Shown here in pieces: positions 27,187 through 37,337 of a stretch of DNA of 64,000 nucleotides. The notes under the pieces were generated by a model. The model had not been told where the DNA came from. It saw nothing but the letters and a program-made list of their open reading frames with translations, and did no database searches. A program made the position numbers and the translations under genes. Origin of the DNA: a virus; IMG/VR virus record IMGVR_UViG_3300010396_000042, positions 33,299 through 97,298 of that record. The stretch is one strand, 5' to 3'. Within the stretch, counting starts at the first letter, position 1; every line of letters begins with the position of its first letter.

Positions 27187-28842
27187 TTGTCCCGCTTCAA
27201 CACCCCGGCCGCCAAGCCGGCCGTCCACTCCCCGATCGCCACCCAGGCCGTGGCCACCATCAGCACCCATGAGGGCGCGCCGGGTTATGCCCGATCGGAC
27301 GCTAAGGGTGAGCTGTTTCTGCTCGCGGTCTCCAACCTGGTGGGCAAGAACACCTTCTACGAGCAGGCCGGCGCCCGTGACGAGCGGTTCGAGCGCCTCA
27401 TCCACCAGGTCGCGATCGAGGATCCCGCCTGGCTCTCACGCTTCATCCCCTGGCTGCGCGGCGAGGCCAACATGCGCACCGCGTCCCTGGTCGCGGCCGC
27501 GGAGGCGGTCAAAGCACGCCTGGACGCCGCTAAGGGGACCGCCAACAACCTCGGCGCCCAGCTCACGGTCGGCCAGCAGACCGACGAGCACACCGCGGGC
27601 GGCCAGAACCGCAAGCTGATCGATGCCGCGTGCCAGCGCGCGGACGAGCCCGGAGAGCTGCTCGCCTACTGGACGTCCCGCTACGGTCGCGCGATCCCCA
27701 AGCCGGTCAAGCGCGGCCTGGCCGACGCCGTGCGCCGCCTCTACAGCGAGCGGTCGCTGCTCAAGTACGACACCGACTCCAAGGGCTACCGCTTCGGCGA
27801 CGTCATCGACCTCGTACACCCCTCCCCCGCTGTGGACCGGCGCTGGCAGGGCGAGCTGTTCGAGCACGCCCTCGACCGCCGCCACGGGCGCGACAAACCG
27901 ATCCCCGCCGGCCTGTCCACGCTGATCGACCGCGAGCGGCTGATGGCCACACCGCTCGACCAGCGCCGCGAGACACTGCGCCGACACCCCGAGCTCCTTG
28001 CGCGCGCCGGCATGACCTGGGAGGCCCTCGCGGGCTGGCTGCAGGGCCCGATGGACGCCGAGGCGTGGTCGGCGATGATCCCGTCCATGGGGTACTTCGC
28101 GCTGCTGCGCAACCTGCGCAACTTCGACCAGGCCGGCGTGCCCGACGAGGTCGCCGAGAGCGTGGCCGCGCGCCTCGCGGACCCATCACAGGTCGCATCC
28201 TCCCGCCTGTTCCCGTTCCGGTTCTACGCCGCGCACAAGAACACCGGCTCGCTGCGCTGGGGCCACGCCCTGGAGAAGGCGCTGCGCGCGTCCCTCTCCA
28301 ACATCCCGGCGCTTCCCGGCCGCACGCTGGTGCTCATCGACCAGTCGCCGTCGATGTTCCCCGGCTTCCACTTCTCAACGCCCAGCGACAGCGACATCTC
28401 CGCCGCGGAGAAGGCCGCGCTGTTCGGCGCCGCCGTGGCGCTGCGCGCGCAGAACGCCGACCTGGTCGGGTACGGGCAGAACAACTACCGGGTGCCGTTC
28501 GGCAAGGGCGACGCGGTGTTGGAGGTGATGAAGCGCTTCCGGATGGACGACGGCACGGACACCCCGCGCGCGATGGTCGAGCACTTCCGCGGCCATGACC
28601 GGGTGCTGATCGTCACCGACGAGCAGACCGCGTACTCGAACACCGGCCGCACCGTCGACAACGCCGTGCCGGCCAACGTTCCTGTCTACACCTGGAACCT
28701 CGCCGGTTACCGGCCCGGGCACGCCCCATCCGGCACGAGGAACCGCCACACCTTCGGCGGCCTGACCGACCACGCCTTCAAGATGGTGCCGCTGCTCGAG
28801 GCGGGACGGGGCCAGCAGTGGGATGTCGTATTCGGCAAATAG
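27187..28842 (+). CDS. rsr: Ro60/Rsr TROVE-domain RNA-binding protein with vWA domain
   Basis: MSRFN..THEG..ELFLLAV..TFYE; RADEPGE; MTWEAL; ALLRNLRN; SRLFPFRF; vWA MIDAS DQSPSM and VTDEQ; TTG start with GGGAG RBS. Confidence 0.93.
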   Translation: MSRFNTPAAKPAVHSPIATQAVATISTHEGAPGYARSDAKGELFLLAVSNLVGKNTFYEQAGARDERFERLIHQVAIEDPAWLSRFIPWLRGEANMRTASLVAAAEAVKARLDAAKGTANNLGAQLTVGQQTDEHTAGGQNRKLIDAACQRADEPGELLAYWTSRYGRAIPKPVKRGLADAVRRLYSERSLLKYDTDSKGYRFGDVIDLVHPSPAVDRRWQGELFEHALDRRHGRDKPIPAGLSTLIDRERLMATPLDQRRETLRRHPELLARAGMTWEALAGWLQGPMDAEAWSAMIPSMGYFALLRNLRNFDQAGVPDEVAESVAARLADPSQVASSRLFPFRFYAAHKNTGSLRWGHALEKALRASLSNIPALPGRTLVLIDQSPSMFPGFHFSTPSDSDISAAEKAALFGAAVALRAQNADLVGYGQNNYRVPFGKGDAVLEVMKRFRMDDGTDTPRAMVEHFRGHDRVLIVTDEQTAYSNTGRTVDNAVPANVPVYTWNLAGYRPGHAPSGTRNRHTFGGLTDHAFKMVPLLEAGRGQQWDVVFGK

Positions 28843-28852
28843 GCTCGCTGGC

Positions 28853-29587
28853 ATGGGTCGTCCCCGCCAGCCGTGGAAGCTTCCTTTCGAGGAGGTCCGC
28901 CGCCGATATGAATCAGGCGAGTCCGCACTTTCACTCGCGGTCGAGTGCGGGCTCGCTACCTACCATCCCGTTCTCCAGGCGCTTCGCGAATCGGGTGTCC
29001 CGATCAGGAATCCCGGAGGCCAAGCTGGCCCGCGCCCGAACCATACATCTCAGAAGGAAACGAGGACCTGCAGCGGGCTGAACTGCCAAAACACGTTCAC
29101 GGCTAATCCGTCGATGAACAAGCGATTCTGTTCGCCGTCCTGCCGGTACACGTCACCTGAGTTGGCAGCACTCCGGACCGCGAACATCAAGAACCGTCAC
29201 GAGCTCACATCCGTCGACGAGGAGAATCTCACCGCGACCTGCTCGGTCTGCGGACCTACCGACATCCGGGAGCGCCACGAGAAACGCCGGTTTCCTGGCC
29301 AAAGGAGGTGGCGCTGTCGGGGTGCCGAGCGTGCAGCGGTCTGGGCGCGGCACTACGGCATTGAAGCCGAAACGGTACACAAAATGTGGAGCGCACAGGA
29401 CGAGCGGTGCGCGATCTGCCGGACCGCTTTGGGCCGCAAGTTCTACATCGACCACTGCCATTCGACTGGCCGCGTCCGAGGGCTACTCTGCCACTACTGC
29501 AACGCCGGAATTGGACTGTTTTACGACGATCCAACACGGTTGGCTGCGGCGATCGAGTACTTACTCGCTGCTTCCGCCGCGCACTAA
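28853..29587 (+). CDS. Endonuclease VII-family (His-Me) nuclease with N-terminal HTH/Zn modules
   Basis: Q..RCAIC..IDHCH.TGRVRGLLC..CN..IG..DD..L..AIEYL. Confidence 0.9.
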   Translation: MGRPRQPWKLPFEEVRRRYESGESALSLAVECGLATYHPVLQALRESGVPIRNPGGQAGPRPNHTSQKETRTCSGLNCQNTFTANPSMNKRFCSPSCRYTSPELAALRTANIKNRHELTSVDEENLTATCSVCGPTDIRERHEKRRFPGQRRWRCRGAERAAVWARHYGIEAETVHKMWSAQDERCAICRTALGRKFYIDHCHSTGRVRGLLCHYCNAGIGLFYDDPTRLAAAIEYLLAASAAH

Positions 29588-29606
29588 AGAAGTCGCACCA
29601 TCGAAT

Positions 29607-29645
29607 CGGCCCCGACCGTCGTCCAGACGGTCGGGGCCGCTTGCT
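29607..29645 (+). terminator. Perfect 14-bp hairpin, likely terminator of the Y RNA/Ro operon
   Basis: CGGCCCCGACCGTC-gtcca-GACGGTCGGGGCCG. Confidence 0.7.
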
Positions 29646-29771
29646 GCGCACGCCCGCAGCTGCTGCCGATCCACTACGCACTCCCGACGGTACAAGGCAT
29701 GCGCGAAGCACCCCGGCATTTCGATCGCGGCGAAAAAGTTTTGATATGCGCGGATATGAGACCGTGCGTGT

Positions 29772-30701
29772 ATGCACGCGGATTCACGCTCTAGCGCTGC
29801 CGGAAACCCCCGGCGCGACCGTATCCGCGCTGCGCAGCGCCGCGGGAAGATCGGCGTGGTGACGTTCACCGTGCTCTGGGTCGCGATGTGCACGGCGAGG
29901 ATCAGTGGCTTCGACTTCCTGGCGTGGTGTCTCGCCCCGTTCGCCGCGGCCGCCTTCGCGTTCACCGTGCGCACGATCGTGCTGACGGGCCGGATGCGCG
30001 TGCAATACCAGCGCGAGGTCGACGAGCGCGCGGTTGAGGCTGCGCGGCGCGAGAAGCTGCGCCAGCAGCTGCACACCCTCGTGGCGCCGGACGCCGTCGA
30101 CGGGCAGTGCCCGGTGTGCGGGCTCGACGACCTGGACGAGCTCGCCGCCGTCGACCAGGAGCTCGAGGAAGGCGCTGACAGCCGCTTCACCCGGGTCAGG
30201 ACCTACGGTTCGCACCGTGCCCACGCGGAGTGCGCCGAACTCGTGCCATACAAGCCGAGCCCCACCGAGGCCGCGATCGCAGAACACGAGCTCAACCATC
30301 ACGGCGCGCAGATCGCTCGCATGATTGGGTGCCCGCTGTGCGCGCAGGAGACCCGTGAGCAGCTCGCGAACGATCCCGATCTCGACCAGCCGCCGCCACC
30401 GCCAGCACCGTCGGCCGGGTTCGGCGTCACGATGGCCGAGCTCGAACGGGCACTGCGCAACGCCTTCGGCGTCCAGCCGATGATCCTCGGCGACCCGATG
30501 CGCGTCACGGAGCTAACCGAGCGGCAGCTGCGCGCACAACTCGAAGAGCTGGCCCGGCGCGAACGCGCGCTCTACAAGTACGCCGCGGCCCCCACGGTCG
30601 ATAGGCGGCCCGTCCCCCGTCCCGGCGACATGGTCGGGCCCTGGGTTTTGCAAGGGCTGCCGCTCCCGCCGCGGACTGAAGAGAAAGGCGATCCACGGTG
30701 A
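29772..30701 (+). CDS. Membrane-anchored Zn-binding hypothetical protein
   Basis: Two TMs, CPVC and CPLC. Confidence 0.6.
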   Translation: MHADSRSSAAGNPRRDRIRAAQRRGKIGVVTFTVLWVAMCTARISGFDFLAWCLAPFAAAAFAFTVRTIVLTGRMRVQYQREVDERAVEAARREKLRQQLHTLVAPDAVDGQCPVCGLDDLDELAAVDQELEEGADSRFTRVRTYGSHRAHAECAELVPYKPSPTEAAIAEHELNHHGAQIARMIGCPLCAQETREQLANDPDLDQPPPPPAPSAGFGVTMAELERALRNAFGVQPMILGDPMRVTELTERQLRAQLEELARRERALYKYAAAPTVDRRPVPRPGDMVGPWVLQGLPLPPRTEEKGDPR

Positions 30702-32373
30702 GCACCTCGTCCAGGCCCTCGGCGCATCCGGCCGACGGCGACACCCTCTCCCCGCAGTGTGCGCATTGCGGGGAGGAGATCCGTGCGTGTCCCGGCGAGG
30801 CCGCGCTGCCGCGGTGGAACGACCGCAACAACCCGGTGCCGGCCGCCTGCACGTTCCGCGAGGGCTACGTGCACGCCTCGGGTGAGCGGCCTGGCTCGCA
30901 CGTGTGCGGCAAAGACGGCCGTATCGCCACACCCGCCCTGGGACGCCAGTGAGCGCCCGTCAGGAGACCACCGCGCTCCCGCGATACGAGTTCGGCTTCA
31001 CCTTCGAGCTCGATGACGAAGGCCTCGAGGCCCTGCGCCCGCTGATCGAGGGCGCAACGCTCGACCCCGGCCTGGACGAGCGGATCGCGAACGAGCCGTG
31101 CCCCTCCTGCGGCCGGCGCTTCGCCGACCTGCCACCCGGCCACGCCTGGTCGCTCGACGTGACAACCCGCCAGTACCGGTGCAGCGGGCCGGTCATCCCG
31201 GGCGAGGTCATCGCCCGCAGGGAGGAGCCACGGTGATCGCCGTTCGCGTCGCCTGCAACAAGAGCAACGCCGGCGGCGTTCTCCCGCTCGATCCGCCGTG
31301 CCCGTACGTCGACCTCGACGTCGACCCGAACCGCGCACTCGACCTGCAGATCACCCGCCAGCTCGGGCCGCTCGGCTGGTCCTTCAACGGACCCGACCAG
31401 CAGTTCTGTCCGCGCCATAACCCTGCCCTGATGGGAATTCCGCTTGTCCTGAGCAGGGAGTACATCGAGCCGCTTCCCGGGCTGCGCCTACGACTCGAGC
31501 ACGGCGCCATCAGCCGCGGCGGCGCGGAGGTCCGTATCGAGATGCTGCTGGACAAGGACCGCTACGACGTCGAAGGGCTCCAGCCGGGCGGCAGTTGGTG
31601 CGCGAAACCCGCTGGCACCCGGTGGCCAGTCCAGATCACCTGCGAGAGCTGCCACGACCGCGGTTACGTCCCCGACTTCAGCCAGGGACTCGACGCCGCG
31701 TACGGCGAACCCGGCAAGAAGCCATGCCCGGACTGCCAAAGCACGCAGACGTGACCGAGCCCGAAGAGGCATCGGCCGCGGCGACGCCCGACGAGCGCGT
31801 CGCCGCGGCCGAAGCGCTGACACGTGACCTGGCGGGGCTGCGGCTCACCGGGCTGCCTAAGCCGTGGTCTCTTGAGCAGATGACGCAGTTCCTTCGCCAG
31901 GTCGAGGACGAACGCAAGCATCTGATCTGCTCGCCCGCGCGTGTCCCCGAACTCGAGGCCGCCGTCGCCAAGGCCGGGCTCGGTATGTACGTCGACGTGG
32001 TCGCCTCGCCCTTTGTCGACGACGACCTGGTGATCCTCGCCGCGTCCGACAGGGAGATGCGCGAGCGGCTCCTCGAGGACTTCGGCCAGGAGTTGCGCGA
32101 CAGCCTTGAGGGCGGCCGCCATGGCTGATCCCTTCTACGCCGACTTCGATGCCGTCTTCATCTGGCACCGCAAGGGCGAGATCACCTGGTTCATCGGCTA
32201 TCAGGAGAGCCGAACTATGTACAGGTTCTTCGATGGCACCGCATACAGCCGTCGTGGTGCTGAGCGCGTGGCCCGCAGATTCCAGCGCAAGATTCTGGCC
32301 GCACGGCAGCACGCGCGAAGACTAGACAAGCTGCCACCTCCGGAGATTGTGATCCGCTCAGTCGGGGCGCACG

Positions 32374-32718
32374 ATGACTGACGAACCCAGGGCGCTGCTG
32401 GTCAAGTGCCGCCGCGACGAGGACTTCTACGTTGCCTGGTCGGACATCGTCGAGGCGCCGCTGTGGTGCGGCAACCGCGTCGAGGCGGCCGCATACGGGT
32501 ACTCCGAGGAGCGCATCAAGCGCGCCGACGAGTTCGGCACTTCGTCGCTGCCGAGATGGTATGCATGGTGCGACAAGGGCATGATCGCCGAGCAGCGTGG
32601 TTTCCTGCCGCGCCGGTATCTGCGCGCTTACACGCTGCTCTATGCCGCCGAAGAGATGCAGGCCGCGTTCGACCTGCTCGATCCGTTCCCCGACCTCGCC
32701 GAGGTGCGCCGTGACTAG
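32374..32718 (+). CDS. Hypothetical phage protein
   Basis: DFYVAWSDIVEAP..RADEFGTS pattern. Confidence 0.6.
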   Translation: MTDEPRALLVKCRRDEDFYVAWSDIVEAPLWCGNRVEAAAYGYSEERIKRADEFGTSSLPRWYAWCDKGMIAEQRGFLPRRYLRAYTLLYAAEEMQAAFDLLDPFPDLAEVRRD

Positions 32719-33087
32719 CGTTCGCGCAGCGCTCTTTCCGCGACGGCGGCCGAATACAGCAGCCCCCGATGGAACCGGTTGGATCTGCAGCTGGTGCAGT
32801 CGCATGGGCAACGCTAAGGATCCCGAATCGGCCGCGGCCGCGGTCACTGATCACCAACGAGCGGAGTGCCCGGGCCGCAAAGTCAAGGTCTGGAGCCTCG
32901 GCGACTACTGGGGCTGGACACACATGGGCTGCGAGTCGGCCATGCACGTCGCCTGGAAATGGCCCGATGCGCTGCGTGCAGCCTGGCTACATGTGGCCAG
33001 CCACGACCTCTCACTCACTGCCGAAGAGTCCGCCGAACTGGCGCGTCGTGCGCGCCGCGGAAGCGGATTGATGGGGTGCATCGGGTC

Positions 33088-34053
33088 GTGAGCTGCGTCT
33101 ACTTCCACTCCCAGCATGGCACTGCGAAGCTGCGTGGCAGCGAACGCGCGCACCTCGGCGCGCTCGTCAGCGATCTAACGACCGGGTTTCTGCGCCGCGC
33201 ATACAGCCGCCAGGTCGACCAACTGCTCACGCTGATCCGGCCCGGTCACTACCTGCACGAGATCGACCATGCCGCATCGGGCTGGCTGCATCCGTGGCTT
33301 GACTCGTTCGCCACCGCGCTGGCCACCGGGATCCAGAGCGAACTGCTGGTCTGGAACGGCAGGCCCATCGATCCGTTCGCCGTGTGCCTGAACACCGCGA
33401 TGCGCTACGGCAGCGATCCGGTGCGCCTGGCCGCACGCATCCACGGACAATGCGAAATCCACTGTTACGTCGAGGGCATCAACCGCGCGTGGCTGGCCAA
33501 CCTCGTTGAGCAGGGCCTTGAGGACCGTGTATACCGCGACGGTATCTGGTACGTCGACCGCGTATGCGAAGGACACCCCGCCGCCCAGCCGGACCGCAAA
33601 TGGTGCGACCAGGGCTGGGGCGAGGTCATGAAGCTCCTGCGGGACCGCGATGACGAACCCGTGGTCATGTCGTACTCGGTCTGCGACGGCTTCCCGAACC
33701 AGGAGATCGCAGGGTGGCAGGACACGCAGATGCCTGAGGGCTGGGTGCCCGAGTGGGTGCGCGGCGACGAGGAACGCGTGCTCGAGTGGGAGACTGATTA
33801 TTCGACCGCGCAAGAACGGCAGGAGTGCTACCGCGACTGCACCAGCGGTGGTTGGGGCGAGCTGAGTCAGTCGGAGCAGTGGGAACTCGGCATAGCGGGC
33901 CTGCGGGCGAGCTCCGGCGGCCTGGAGATCTCACCGGACGAGTTCGGCAAGTACTACTTCAGCCCCGGCCTGACGCTCCCGGACCTACTCGCACCAGACT
34001 ATGCCGAGCGTCTGCATCAGGCCCTTGTGCCCGACGTGGAGTCGACGCCGTGA
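33088..34053 (+). CDS. Conserved hypothetical phage protein
   Basis: YFHS..GSERAH..LNTA..RIHGQCEIHCYVEG..PVVMSYSVCDGFPN. Confidence 0.7.
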   Translation: MSCVYFHSQHGTAKLRGSERAHLGALVSDLTTGFLRRAYSRQVDQLLTLIRPGHYLHEIDHAASGWLHPWLDSFATALATGIQSELLVWNGRPIDPFAVCLNTAMRYGSDPVRLAARIHGQCEIHCYVEGINRAWLANLVEQGLEDRVYRDGIWYVDRVCEGHPAAQPDRKWCDQGWGEVMKLLRDRDDEPVVMSYSVCDGFPNQEIAGWQDTQMPEGWVPEWVRGDEERVLEWETDYSTAQERQECYRDCTSGGWGELSQSEQWELGIAGLRASSGGLEISPDEFGKYYFSPGLTLPDLLAPDYAERLHQALVPDVESTP

Positions 34054-34941
34054 CCGACGAGCCGAGGCCGAACGCGGTGCTCGAGGTGACGCGTGAGCTG
34101 GTCGATGACGTGGTGGCGTTCATCCGGGCACGCCTGGATGAGATGGAACAACGGGCGAAGGCGGTCGCGCGGCTGCTCGCCGGATTCGACCGGCCCGCGG
34201 CACCGGATCGGGCGCCGCTTGATCCGCTACGCGAGTTCGCACTCAGCCACAGTCCGCAGCACGAGCTCGCGGACGCCGCCGCGACGCGCCGGCTGCTCGA
34301 TCATCTGCTGTTCATGAACGAGCTGCGGATCACGGCGGTCACGCGCGATCTCGAAGCACTGATCGCACTCGCTTCACGCTGGCGACTGCACCCGGACTTT
34401 CAGGCGCTGCTGCGGCGGCACGCACGCCCGATCGACAACGCCCCAGCGGCCCATCCATCCAACGAAGGAGCAGCAGGTGCCTGACGCGTTTCACGAGCAC
34501 ATGAACCGCTACGTCGAGGAACTGGCCAAGCTCGACCCGAAGTGCATGCGCTGCGAGAACCCGGCCTACTGGGATCTGCGGGCAGTCGGTGCTTTCCAAT
34601 TTATGAACCCGCCGGCGATGCTCTGCCAGCGCTGCATGTCCGGCGTCGACCCGGTGAGCATCCCGGTCTACAGCGATCCACCGGCGAAGATCCCGCTGCG
34701 CCGCTGGCCACGCGAGGCGCACAAGCCGCGCGGCGAGGGCACGATGCCGTGGCTCGGATTTCAGGTGCACCTGGCGATCCTCGGCGCCGACGATGTGCTG
34801 CAGACCAACCAGTTCATCAACAGCCAGGACCTCGGCCACCTCGACGTGGTCCGGATCACGGTCGAAGGCATGGGCCGCCAGCTCGCCGAGGAACTGCGCG
34901 GCCGCCCCTTGGCCGCGCCGCCCGAGTAAGGAAGAGCACGC

Positions 34942-35634
34942 ATGCACATCCTGCTGCAGGGCATCGTCGGCTCGACCGCGTACGGCCTTGCCGGACCCGA
35001 GAGCGACGTCGACCGCGCCGGCGTGTTCGCGCACCCCACCGCGCTGCTGTTCGGCCTATCGAAGCCCGCCGAGTCGATCGTCACCACCAAGCCCGACGTG
35101 ACGTATCACGAGGCTGAAAAAGCGTGTCGGCTCATGCTCAGCTGCAACCCGACCGCGATGGAAACCCTCTGGCTCGAGTCCTGGGAGATCAAGACCGCGC
35201 TCGGGGACGAGCTGGTCGGGCTGCGCTCCGCGTTCCTGTCGGCACGGCGCGTACGCGAGGCGTATCTGGGCTATGCGACCGACCAGTTCCGCAAGGCGAT
35301 CAACTGCGCCGACGGCTCCTTCAATTCCGACATCCCGCCGCGGCGCGCGAGCAAGCACGCCAGGCACCTGATGCGCCTGGTCGAGCAGGGGTTCGAGCTG
35401 TACGCCACCGGGCGGCTGCACATCCGGGTCGAGGACCCGCAGCGCTACATCGACTTCGGTGAACGCACCGCCGCCGACCCGCTCTCCGCGCTGCCGTATC
35501 TGACCGAGGCGCGCCAGCGCTTCGACCGCACGCCCTCAGCGCTGCCGGAGGAACCCAGAAGGGGCGCGGTCGAATCCTGGCTGCGCCGGGTGCGCGCCGA
35601 GTACTACCGCGTTCCGGCGGCCGCCGATGCGTGA
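34942..35634 (+). CDS. RlaP-like (pol-beta superfamily) nucleotidyltransferase
   Basis: GSTAYGLA.PESDVD..G; NP..E.LW; KHARHLMRL; TAAGGAAG RBS. Confidence 0.85.
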   Translation: MHILLQGIVGSTAYGLAGPESDVDRAGVFAHPTALLFGLSKPAESIVTTKPDVTYHEAEKACRLMLSCNPTAMETLWLESWEIKTALGDELVGLRSAFLSARRVREAYLGYATDQFRKAINCADGSFNSDIPPRRASKHARHLMRLVEQGFELYATGRLHIRVEDPQRYIDFGERTAADPLSALPYLTEARQRFDRTPSALPEEPRRGAVESWLRRVRAEYYRVPAAADA

Positions 35635-36259
35635 ACGCGCGCAGCTACCCGAAGCCGTGGTGTTCGATTGTGATGGGACGCTCGTCGACGTCTCCTCGAT
35701 CCGGCACCTGGTGGCCGGCGGCCCGGAGAACGGCTACCGCAAGGACTTCGACTCCTTCCACCGCGAGGCGGTCAACTGCCCGCCGCACCCATGGGTGGTC
35801 CAGGCCGCGCAGGCCGAGCACGCCGCCGGCCGCGCGGTGCTCATCGTCACCGGGCGCTGCGCCGAGTACCGCAATTCCACCGCGTTCTGGCTCGCGATGC
35901 ACGACGTGCCATCGGACGCGATGTGGATGCGGGCCCGCGGCGATTACCGGCCCGACTACGTGGTCAAGGCCGAGATCCTCGCGAAGATCCGCACGCGCTG
36001 GCGTGTGGTGCGTGCGTACGACGACAACCCAAACGTCCTGAGACTCTGGGCCCAGGAACGCATCGCGACCGTCGTCGTCCCGGGATGGGAGCTGCAGAAC
36101 GAGCACCACGACGAGGACGCGGACCGCGAGCAGTTCCGGCGCGAACGCGAGGGCCGCTGGACGGTCAGTCCACCATGCCACACTGATCACGAAGCGAGCG
36201 CGGTGCGTGACCGCGCGAACACCGAACGAGAGAGACGAGCATGGCTACCGGCACGGTGA
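35627..36259 (+). CDS. HAD phosphatase, T4 PNK 3'-phosphatase-like
   Basis: [24 protein letters not shown]. Confidence 0.85.
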   Translation: MRERAQLPEAVVFDCDGTLVDVSSIRHLVAGGPENGYRKDFDSFHREAVNCPPHPWVVQAAQAEHAAGRAVLIVTGRCAEYRNSTAFWLAMHDVPSDAMWMRARGDYRPDYVVKAEILAKIRTRWRVVRAYDDNPNVLRLWAQERIATVVVPGWELQNEHHDEDADREQFRREREGRWTVSPPCHTDHEASAVRDRANTERERRAWLPAR

Positions 36260-36444
36260 AGTGGTTCAACGCCGAGAAGGGCTACGGGTTCATCGCCCAG
36301 GACAACGGCGAGCAGGACGTCTTCGTGCACTACAGCGCGATCGACGGCAAGGGCTACCGGGAGCTGGCCGAAGGCCAGAAGGTCAGCTACGAGGTCGAGC
36401 AGGGCCCGAAGGGCCCGCAGGCCGCGAAGGTACGCCTGGCATGA
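36241..36444 (+). CDS. cspA: Cold-shock protein
   Basis: [34 protein letters not shown]. Confidence 0.95.
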   Translation: MATGTVKWFNAEKGYGFIAQDNGEQDVFVHYSAIDGKGYRELAEGQKVSYEVEQGPKGPQAAKVRLA

Positions 36445-36601
36445 GGCGCGGCCACGACGGATCACCCCAGGAACCGCAGTGGCCGGCCAACCCCTACTTC
36501 GGGCAGCCGTGGGACGCGCCCGCGGTCGACGGCGCACGGCAGGCCCCCACCCCAGTGGGCAAGCCGTGCGCCGACTCCGTGCACGTATCAATGATTCGAT
36601 G

Positions 36602-36790
36602 TCAGTCTTGGGCGAAGTAGCGCGCGAGCACGAGTTCGAGGGCATTGTGCACGTTGGCTTCGAGTAGCCTCGCGCCTTCCTCGTTCAAATCAAGCGCGCA
36701 CGGGAGCTCCACTCGAACTTCCACCGTCGCCGCGCTGACGTGCGTGTGGAACCGCGCCCCGGGCGTTTGGCACTTGGTGCGCCGAGCCAT
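36602..36790 (-). CDS. Small hypothetical protein
   Basis: AAGGGG RBS; LLEANVHNALELVLARYF. Confidence 0.55.
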   Translation of the reverse strand: MARRTKCQTPGARFHTHVSAATVEVRVELPCALDLNEEGARLLEANVHNALELVLARYFAQD

Positions 36791-36844
36791 TGCTATTCCC
36801 CTTCGGGCCAGTTCTGACCGCGGCGCGGCTTCGCGCCGCCACAC

Positions 36845-36863
36845 GATTCACGAATCGTGAATC
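36845..36863. promoter_or_regulatory. AT-rich 9-1-9 palindrome, candidate operator
   Basis: GATTCACGA-A-TCGTGAATC in an intergenic gap. Confidence 0.5.
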
Positions 36864-37337
36864 ATTCCCTGCTGCGTGCGGCCGCCTTCAGCGCCCGGTC
36901 AGCCTGGGGCCGTCGTCCGAGCTTGAACTGCTCGCGCAGCCACGGGTGCTCGTAGAGCCGGTCGGTCAGCTCCAGCCGCCGTTCCCGGGCCCGCTGCAGG
37001 ACTTCGACGTCGTCGCCGTCGACGAGCGTCTCTATGACGCCGGCGACAGCGTTCCACTCGCGCTGCACCTCCACCAGGTCCAATGGGATCGACCAGGTGG
37101 CGCCCTCGTGCTCGAAGCTGACGTGCTGCTCGGCCTGCTGGGCCGTGCTCTCGCTCATGGCCCGCACGTTACCTGTCCCCACCGACGCCGATCACGGCCG
37201 CCCCTTGAGCCGGACGACGCCGAACACGACGCCAATCGTCACCGGCACCCCAGCGACAGTGGCAAGCCAAACGGAGCCGGTGGCCGCCTGCACGAGCGCG
37301 GCCGTCGCACAGCCGCAGGTGGCTGCAACCAACGCGA

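Noticed and set aside
26402-27190. ORFs listed across the Y RNA array (e.g. 26590..27108, 26840..27619)
   Set aside because: No codon bias or RBS; the sequence is explained by RNA structure
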